35,425 bases of DNA from Gemmatimonadota bacterium (GTDB taxonomy: Bacteria > 4572-55 > J002): NCBI GenBank assembly GCA_003697105.1, contig RFFQ01000033.1:1-35425 (forward strand). The letters are read 5' to 3'. Below are positions 1 to 8,800 of the stretch, piece after piece. Both the position numbers and the translations under genes were made by a program. The notes beneath the pieces are model-generated. The model saw only the letters and a program-made list of their open reading frames with translations. It was not told where the DNA came from and did no database searches. Each line of letters opens with the position of its first letter. Within the stretch, counting starts at the first letter, position 1.

Positions 1-273
1 CCTCATAATATGCCTTGAGGATGGAGTCGTTGATTTCCGTATGAAAAACCGACATAACCGGTCACCCTTAAATCTATAAAAAATCTTTGCTCTACATATG
101 CAGACCCACGCTATCAAATTTATTAGTGGGGTGTCAACCCAATTTCCCTTCAATCTGAAAGAAGTCCACCATTATGAATCAGATAAATGTAGAAGCCTTA
201 TTATAGTAGTAACTATTAGTACTGTCAACGGTAAAGAAGGGTCTGAAAAAGGACGATTTTCGCAACCTCAACC

Positions 274-302
274 TTGACGGATAATCCTATCCACGCTATA
301 TT
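274..302 (+). promoter_or_regulatory. sigma70-type promoter TTGACG-N17-TATATT
   Basis: Near-consensus -35 (274-279) and -10 (297-302) with exact 17-nt spacing in non-coding DNA. Confidence 0.55.
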
Positions 303-489
303 GTCCCTGTCCGTCAGGGGGGTTCTCTGAATCATGCGCGGCGTTAAAACGTGATAGACATGAGTGCGATATTTGAAAAAGCGTATGAGATTTATACGGA
401 ATGCGTTCTGATCACAGTTAAGATCACACTTACACTATTTATCGGGAAATTTAATCCCGGCACTGCAGGATTTGGATGATGCCAGGGAT
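303..489 (+). ncRNA. candidate structured ncRNA (6S-RNA-like architecture) or long 5' leader
   Basis: Manual pairing: GTCCCTG(303-309)/CAGGGAT(483-489) closing stem, inner stem ~353-375/418-440, small hairpin CGGGA..TCCCG (443-459); ~187 nt next to a promoter; no family-diagnostic sequence recognised. Confidence 0.3.
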
Positions 490-645
490 CAGGAGTTAGG
501 GATTAGGTGGTGCCATAGAACATCATTTTATGGAAATATTGGAGAAGTGGATGAAATGACAAGAACGCTGCGATCACCGATCAACGCCAGTTGTTGAGCT
601 TTATTTCACCCATTCAAAAACATCATATACTAAGGAGTTCTACCG

Positions 646-1158
646 GTGAAGGGGAAAGTGATCCGAAAATCCCCCAAAAAAACTTCCAAAGGGCTATCCA
701 AAACGGCTGGGTCCAGCTTGATGCTCGGCGGTTTGGGATTGATATTGGTGATTATCGGGGGATATTCACTGTTCAGCAAATCGGATTTTGAAAAAGAAGG
801 CGTACCGGCAACGGCAACTATCATCAAGAAATTCGACCTTTCGGGGATGAGTGTTGATGGCTTCCCCATTCGCAGTTTTATGGTCACCCTTCAATTTGAC
901 GATACTACCGGAAACACTCAGACGCATGATTTGGAATTGCACGAAGTATATTGGAAAACACTCCGTGAAAATGAGACCCTCGAAATTATCTATTTACCGG
1001 AGACGCCAGCACAGTTGACTCTGGCAAAAAATGTCAAATCCGGAACGGGAGAAGCCAGTGTGCTCATGATTGCCGGAATCGGTGCAATGGCGCTGGGAGC
1101 TATCCTCTGGTGGATGGAAGACCGGAATAAAACCCGTTTGAATGCTTCACATCATTAG
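646..1158 (+). CDS. two-TM membrane protein, DUF3592-like
   Basis: AAGGAG RBS before GTG; N- and C-terminal hydrophobic helices flank a beta-rich domain (GVPATATII ... LEIIYLPETP). Confidence 0.7.
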   Translation: MKGKVIRKSPKKTSKGLSKTAGSSLMLGGLGLILVIIGGYSLFSKSDFEKEGVPATATIIKKFDLSGMSVDGFPIRSFMVTLQFDDTTGNTQTHDLELHEVYWKTLRENETLEIIYLPETPAQLTLAKNVKSGTGEASVLMIAGIGAMALGAILWWMEDRNKTRLNASHH

Positions 1159-1237
1159 CTATACCCTATTTCAGAGATGAGAGAGATACCAGACCTTTTT
1201 AACCCATTTAAAACCTAATATACAAGGAGTTTAGCGT

Positions 1238-1843
1238 ATGACGGATTTCAAAGTCGGAGACCGGATCGAGCATCCTCGATTTGGGCAAGGCACCATTGTC
1301 AAAATTGAAGGAGATACGGAACTGGATGATATCCGGTTGTTGATCGAATTTTCCGATGGCAAAAAGTCTATTGACCCGGCATATGCCCCCATTGAAATCA
1401 TTGGAACCGATGATACGTTTACCTTAAAAGAGACCCTCCGGCAAGTGATCCGGGAGGAATTAAACAGCCTACAGGCAACGGCTACGGCGGGAAGCAGTAT
1501 CGATATTAAAGCCGCCTTCCGCGACATCATCGCCGAGGAATTGGGCATTACCCCTGTAGAACTTGGCGACCGCTGGATCGGGGGTACACTTTATCTGCAG
1601 CCTGGACGAGAGGGACTTAAAGAGAAAGAAATCCCCATTGAAACCTTTTTCCACAAGATTGTGATGGTGCGAGACCGGTTGCGCGTGCTAGAACAACAAA
1701 TTAACTCTCATCCCAAATTGGATGATGAAGATAAAGTCAATTTACAGCAATATATCACCCGCTGTTATGGTTCCCTGACGACCTTTAACGTCTTATTTAA
1801 GGAACGGAGCGATTGGTTTGTCGGGTCAAGCCATCGTGGCTAA
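1238..1843 (+). CDS. hypothetical protein with N-terminal PcrA/UvrD-CTD-like Tudor domain
   Basis: AAGGAG RBS; N-terminus FKVGDRIEHPRFGQGTIVKIEG matches the UvrD/PcrA C-terminal Tudor-like motif; helical C-terminal region of unknown function. Confidence 0.75.
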   Translation: MTDFKVGDRIEHPRFGQGTIVKIEGDTELDDIRLLIEFSDGKKSIDPAYAPIEIIGTDDTFTLKETLRQVIREELNSLQATATAGSSIDIKAAFRDIIAEELGITPVELGDRWIGGTLYLQPGREGLKEKEIPIETFFHKIVMVRDRLRVLEQQINSHPKLDDEDKVNLQQYITRCYGSLTTFNVLFKERSDWFVGSSHRG

Positions 1844-1859
1844 ATCGAATAGGTGCTTC

Positions 1860-2600
1860 ATGAAAATTACCCCCCGAATTTTGATTGTCGAAGATGAACC
1901 CTCGGTAGTGGTTTATCTCAAAAGTTTGTTAAGACGCTGGAATTGTGAGGTGTGTGATGTCGCGTACACCGGTAAAGAAGCGGTCACAAAAGCATTGGAG
2001 CACCAACCGGATGTTATTCTGATGGACATCATGCTGGTAGGAGATACGGATGGAATTGATGTCGCTCAAACCATTGAGTCCCAATTGAACACGCATATCA
2101 TTTTCATTACCGCAATTATCAGTAGTGTCACCAAAAAGATACCCGAAATTAAATCCCGGCCGCTGTTGCACAAACCGATAGACCCGAACCAACTGTTGCA
2201 AGCCCTAGAAAAAGTAACGGCTGCCGGTACGTTTGATGTCACATCTTCGACGAATCACCCCTTGCGGATATTGCTTGTGGAGGACAACCGGGTTACCCTA
2301 AAGATTGTCAGCAGTATGCTCAAGCGTCTCGGTTATGAGATTGTTGGCATGGTCATGAGCGGCGAGGAAGCCATCCAAAAGGCAGAAGCGTTACACCCGG
2401 ATATTATCCTTTCGGATGTGGACTTGATGGGCGACATGACCGGTCTGGAAGCGGCGCAGTACATCCGCACCCACTATCAAATTCCGGTTGTTTTCCTGAC
2501 AGGGCAATTAACAGCTATCGATAACTCTTTTGTGACCCTAAATAAAGCCGCGTTTACCGCCCGCGATATTCAGCAAGCAATTGAAAAAGCGATTGCCTAA
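1860..2600 (+). CDS. response regulator with two tandem receiver domains, no output domain
   Basis: ILIVEDE..PDVILMDI..HKP and ILLVEDN..PDIILSDV..FLTG; ATG 1860 follows AGGTG (preferred over track start 1818). Confidence 0.9.
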   Translation: MKITPRILIVEDEPSVVVYLKSLLRRWNCEVCDVAYTGKEAVTKALEHQPDVILMDIMLVGDTDGIDVAQTIESQLNTHIIFITAIISSVTKKIPEIKSRPLLHKPIDPNQLLQALEKVTAAGTFDVTSSTNHPLRILLVEDNRVTLKIVSSMLKRLGYEIVGMVMSGEEAIQKAEALHPDIILSDVDLMGDMTGLEAAQYIRTHYQIPVVFLTGQLTAIDNSFVTLNKAAFTARDIQQAIEKAIA

Positions 2601-2641
2601 ACCCCATACTATTCTTGCCGGCAATGTTCTATTCTTTTTCA

Positions 2642-2670
2642 TTGACAAGTACGGGCAACCGGTTTATTCA
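2642..2670 (+). promoter_or_regulatory. possible sigma70 promoter for the giant ORF and its leader
   Basis: Perfect TTGACA at 2642-2647; weak -10 (TATTCA) at 17-nt spacing. Confidence 0.35.
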
Positions 2671-2697
2671 TTAGCCATTCGATAGGCTCATTTCACG

Positions 2698-2858
2698 ATA
2701 ACCCAAGTTAAAATTTCGATGCACACGTCGCGACTGTTTCAATCCCAATACAATAATCTATCCCAGCAATAATTGGGATATTGCTGGTGCTGGTTGTTTT
2801 GGGGATATTGATGAAGCAGGGGCGAGATGCAGTGTTTTGGAGATTTAACTTGGGTTAT
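2698..2858 (+). ncRNA. long rod-like hairpin (structured leader or ncRNA) upstream of the glutamate-synthase-like gene
   Basis: Perfect 15-bp IR ATAACCCAAGTTAAA/TTTAACTTGGGTTAT; nested CTGTTTCA/TGAAGCAG and TCGC/GCGA; apical CCAGCAATA/TATTGCTGG; followed by a T-rich tract. Confidence 0.55.
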
Positions 2859-2896
2859 TTTTATTTGCTCCGATAATATCATCAGGAATTTGGCTC

Positions 2897-5800
2897 ATGT
2901 TTACCATTACACCACCTTTTGACGTGCTATGGCAACAATCTGTGCAAAAGCGGGTAGCCACCCAACATAGCGCCGTCGAGTTACTACTAGAGAAATATCA
3001 AGCCCACCTCGAAGCGATGCCCGCTATAGAGGATAATCCTCACTATCGCCGGGTAAAAGCGAAACTCAGCGAGGCTTCGGAGGTGTTCCCCCTGCGCGCC
3101 GTTCAGCAAGCCATTTATTACTCGGATGCCGGAACGGTGGTCGTACCCGATGAGATCAAACATCATTTGGTCAACATCAGTGCGCAATTTGTGGTGCGCC
3201 CGGGTTCGCTGGCGGACTTGCAAGCGTTCGTTCAACTGGCTTATCAGGAGCAAATTCGCTATACCATTCGCGGGTCTGGTACGTGGCCCTTCGGAGGCTC
3301 GATCCCGATGAATAAGGAGGTTGTTCTGGATCTCTCCTACCTGAATTTTCATCACTTGGATCTAGATCGGGCGCAGTTGACCGTTGCGCCGGGAACTGTT
3401 TTTGCCCCCATGCGGCAAATACTCCGCGATCAAGGGTTTGCTTTCCGGCAAGAGATCACCAATCCCCATTCCGGCACTATCTGTGGCTGGATTGCCACCG
3501 GTGGCTTGGGTATTGGTGCGTATAAGTACGGGCATGTGCAAGAGTCCGTCGCGGCAATCCTGTGGCTGACCCCCCAAGGCGAATGGCAAACCTTGACCCC
3601 AGACGATGATCGCTTTGACCTGCTGTTTGATTCTGAAGGGCAAATGGGAATTGTCGCAGGTGCGGTACTGGATGTAAAGCGCTTGAGTTACGTCTCAAAA
3701 CCGTATGCCTTTTCCTTTGATAACGCGGTGGCAGTCCAAACTTTTGTGGAGTTGATCGCTAAGTGGGAATTGCGACCCTCATCAATGATCTACTTTGACA
3801 AACATTACATGAATATCACGTATGCTATTGAATGCGAACACCTTGAACAACATGTGCAAGAGGCCCTCCGTACCGAAGATGACCTGCGTATCCGCCGGGA
3901 TCGCCACCGTAAAGAGGTCATCGAACGCCTGAATGGGCTTGACCATGTGCTGGTGTTGGAATTTGACACCCCAGAAGATTACCAACGCGCGTTGAAATAC
4001 CAGCCGTTCCGCAAGATGGGCGAACAACTGTTTCATGGGGTGTCATTCCGCCGTCTTCCCACAGATGTGGCACACCATATGTGGGAGCATCGCTACGCGC
4101 CGGTGCAGATGAAGCAAAAAGGACCCTCTATGCTGGTTGGAGAGACTATCTTGCCGGTTAAAAACTTCCCCGAATACATGAATTTTGTGGAAGCCGCCAT
4201 CAGCAATTGGACAGGCAATCCGGTAAAAACGGAAGCACACGTTCTTAGCCCGCAGGAAGTTCTCATCCAGACCATCTTGCTTGCCGACATCGATACCCTG
4301 CGGCATAAACTCTACCTCGGTTTGGTACCGTTCATGATCCAAACGTCGATCCAGTTGGGCGGCAAACCGTATGGTACGGGCATCTGGAACCTGCCTTTCC
4401 TCAAAGCCCGGATGAAAACCGGTGATGGGAAGCACATCCAAAAGTTAATCGATACCAAAAATACCCTCGATCCCCAGCACCTGATCAATCAATGCAAATT
4501 TATCAATGAACAGGGGCGCAAACCCGCTTTAAAGCTTTTTCAAAAAATGTCACCTGTCTTGGTCGAAAAAGGTGTTAAATGGCTCTATCAAGGCAAGTTG
4601 AAGGAGGGGAACTCGCTAGGGAAATGGCTTTGGAAGGCAAATAAAGCCCTTTTTCCGCAAATGGTGCCCCCTCAACTTCAGGCAAAGCGTCCGTCGCTAC
4701 TGGAAATCAATTCGGTCTGCGCGGAATGCGATAGCTGTGAGAAAGTCTGCCCCACCAGTGATGTGTTTGGTATGTGGGGGTTAGCGACACCAATTACCCG
4801 CCGCAAAACAGCCAATCGATTGGCTCGCGGTGAGGCGATCACCCCCAGTGAAGCCCTCGGTTTTCTGGTTTGTACCCGGTGCGATAACTGCACCCGCGTC
4901 TGCCCCACGGATATTCCACTAACCCGCATGTTTGACGCTGTTGAAGCGGATACCCATTACCAACTTGCCCTTGCCAAAGGGCTGGGTGCAGACCCCACCG
5001 ATAGCGATGATCTGGCAGAGAAAAAGAACGAATTTATTACTCGCTTTTGGGATATTATGAAGGAAAGCCCGCTCTACTTGCCCCACACTTTAGCGGAACA
5101 AAAAGAGGAAAAATCCCACTTACAACACGGCTTGAACATCATTTATCCCCGCGGGTTCGCCTACGCTGAACTTTTCATCGACCCCGAAACCTGCATCAAA
5201 TGCGGCATGTGTGCGCATGAAAACGCATGTACCTATGGGGCACGCAAAGGCGCCCCGCGTGAAATCCCCCAACTGATCGATCAGAACTGTGCCCTGTGCA
5301 ATGCCTGCATCAATTATTGTCCTCAAAATAAAGCAGTCCATGCGGAACGGGAGTACTTGGATAAGTTGATTAAGAACGCCATCGATTTGGAAGAACGCAA
5401 ATTCTGGCAGACCGAAAAGTCCTTTTTGCGCGATACGACCACCATTCAACGCTCCCCAGAGATCACGCATCAAGCGGATATTTATGTCACGGAAAATATT
5501 ATTATGGAGATCGATAAAGAATCCTCCACCGGACAAATTCCCGTCTCTGGGATGGGGCAAGGCGACCGGCACACGGGTATTGGGTTTGATGCCGAGCGGT
5601 TTTCGCACTTCCACATTGTCGGTCCGGCTCAAAACCGCTTGCATGAGGGCGACCCCGATGAAGAACTCTCCGTAAAATTGGGCAAACGGCATCGCTACTG
5701 CAAATTTGATGCGGACGAAAATCTCCACAATCCCCCGTATCACAAGATCGAACTTCAGACCCCGATGATGTATAACGCCGTGCCGCTGGATAGTAATGGG

Positions 5801-8800
5801 CATGTGGAATTGGCATTCATCAAGGTTGCCGAGCAACACCAAACATTGGTTCATATGACGCTGGATCGCTTTTTGGAGTATTACACCTTTTTCCTGAGTG
5901 AAGGCGGTTACGGCGAATTACCTCCGGTGATTGTCCCGCGTGTGGATGAAGAATTTATCGACCACCTGCAAGTCCAACCGACCGTCACTCGCAAATTACT
6001 GATGGACTTGTGGAAAATGCCAATGTTTGAGATCATCTACCACAAGGAGATGAACCAAACGATTGAGTTTGTCCGTAATTCGGTGCAAGCCCTAAACCGG
6101 GAGATCCCCCTCATCTGCGGCTATCTGGAAGTCTCCGAACATGACATCATCGGGGGGGAGCAAATCATCCCCCATGTGCTAGAAATGTTGGAGGACTTTT
6201 TACGCCTTGAGGTGGACGTGATTCACATCCGGGGTAAACGCAACAAAGACCACTATTTTACCACCTCGCAAGCCGTGCGCGCCATTCACCATTATCTGGT
6301 GGAGAGTGGACGGCGCCATCTGGTGTCACTGATTGCTTCCGGCGGTATCCGGTTGGCATCGGATAGCCAAAAAACGATTCAACGCGGCGCAGAAGCCACC
6401 TTGCTTGATTTCGCGGCTCTCTTGGCACTAGACCCCGATGCCTACAAAGCCATTGTTGAGCATAAAACCACTACCGAACACCTGATCGATCTGGACATTG
6501 AGTGGGCGATAGAACGATTAAACAACCAGATGGAATCCCGAAAAGTGCAAATTTTAGAAGTACTTGGCGCCGCCGGATTCAAGGATTTGAAAAAAACTGT
6601 GGGCGAAGAAGGACGCCTGATCGACTTTTTTCAACTGGAAGAACGTATCCAAAAAGAGATTTTTGAACAGGATGAGAAACTCAGCCAACAGGCAGAATTG
6701 AACCGGCAATTGATGACCACCGAAAGAGTGAATCCGGCAGATGCCTTTCGCTATTCGGAACTGAAACAGAAAGTGCAACCGCTAAAATCTCCGCACTACT
6801 TTTATGAACTCGGTGAGGTCAACCAGACGGTTTATCAACGGGATCACGTGTGGCCCGGCACCTTGATTGAGACCTTAGGACGCATGGCGGCAGGAGACCC
6901 CGCCATGTTTTATCTGAAGCATGTTAAATCTGTCGGCTTGTTAGGAGACGGCTTCGATGTGATGAAAATTCTCTACCAGCGGGACCCAGACACCATCGAT
7001 GAGACCGAACTAGACCGCGTTCAGACGGCGTTACCGCTCGATAAAGGGCTTATCCTCAAACAACCGTGGATGCTCGGCGGCAAATCGGTCGGTTCTATCG
7101 GGTTGGATACGTGGCGTGCGCATGTTATTCTTTCTCGTGAATTGGGCATTCAATACGATACCGGCGAAGGCGGCTACCCGACCTGTTTTTTCCTTAATCG
7201 CAAAGGGGAACCCATCTTTTTCACGGAGCGGGATATCCAACGCATCAAATACTTCTTTAAACATGATACCCATTACACCGTGAAAGAAATCAAGGCAATC
7301 TTACACGAAAATCGGATCACCGAGTCCACGCATCCCCACATTTATGAACAATTGAATGAACACCCAGACCTGAAACCATTCCTCTTTTACGAAGTGATTA
7401 GTACTGAGGATGAGCCGTTTGTCTCAACCGAACTCAAAACCGGTCTGTTTGGCGTGACCAAAGAGACCATCAAAAAAGCAAGACGGGTGGTCATCGCTTA
7501 CAGTCAAGGCGCTAAAATGGGGATTGGGGGACACATTCTAGCCCGGAAGGTCAATAAGTTGGTCTCGTACCTGCGCGGGATTCAAGGCTTGGAAGAACTC
7601 AATACCAGCCGTATCCAGCAATTGATCAAACGGATCGAAAAACTTGAAAAAGATGCCACTCACCCCATGCACGACCTCGCCACATCTGCCATGCCGGAAC
7701 TGATGCGTGCTAATGATGACGGCGAAATTTACCCCGAACTGAAAACATGGCTCTGGCAGATTCAACAGCGGACATACGAACTCCATGAAGCCAAAAAAAT
7801 CGACCCCATCGATTTTGAGTACCTGATTCGCCTCAGTGAGGAGGTCATCAGCTATAGCTACACCAGCGTGATTTCACCGTTTCCGTTCCATAACTGCTAT
7901 TCTATTGAAGATGTCAAAGCATTCATTGACATGGTGCGTATGATCAACCCGCAGGCGGTGATTTCGGTCAAGGTATCGCCTTCGGTGGACATCGAATTCA
8001 TTGCCGCCGGTCTAGCACGTATTGCCAAAGATAACACGGAGGAAGCGGAAAAGGGCATTAAAAATTCAACACCCCTAAATCCTGACTACGGCATGAAGAT
8101 CGAAATTTGGCTGGATGGTCCTCGGGGAGGGACGGGCGCATCGCCTAACATCATTAAGGGGCAGATGGGAATGCATCTGGAGTACGCGATTCCGTTGATC
8201 CATGACCGGTTAGTCCGCGATGGTTTGCGGAATTATGTGAAATTTATGGTCTCTGGGGGGATTCGCACCTATGAGGATGTGATCAAAGCGGTGGCGTTGG
8301 GAGCAGATGGTGTAATTTGGGGCACGGCGCCGCTGGCAGCAATTGGGTGTGATCGCAATCGCAATTGCCATGACGGATGCTCGCGCGGGATTGCCACTAG
8401 CAATTTAATCATGCAGAACCTGCGCAATGTAGATTTGAACTCCAAGCAGATGATCAACGCCTTCGTCATCATGCAAATGCAGGTGATTCGGGCGTTGGCG
8501 GGGCTAGGATTTACCGACATCCGGCAGTTGCGGGGTCGTTTTGATAAAATTCAGTGGTTAGGCTTGAAAGAGCGGGTTGATTTTCGCATTCGGCAGCGCA
8601 AATCGTTTGCTCAACAGATGCAGAGCGCCGGCTACAAAGCGCCGGAACGACAGCCGCACGCAACCGGACAGACCAATTGCGGTGTGGCGGCATTGATCGG
8701 TTCCCATCCGGTACCGAGTTTTATCATGGATGAAGCCCTCAAATCGATGAAAAATCGGGGGATGGATGGTGTCGGTATTGGTAAGACCCTCTGTTTTAAT

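Noticed and set aside
1-20. Possible minus-strand gene start (CAT at 4-6 with AAGG upstream)
   Set aside because: Only two codons lie inside the window, so it cannot be supported
2810-2822. GAAGCAG suggesting SRP RNA
   Set aside because: The SRP domain IV context (CAGG..GNRA..GAAGCAG) is absent
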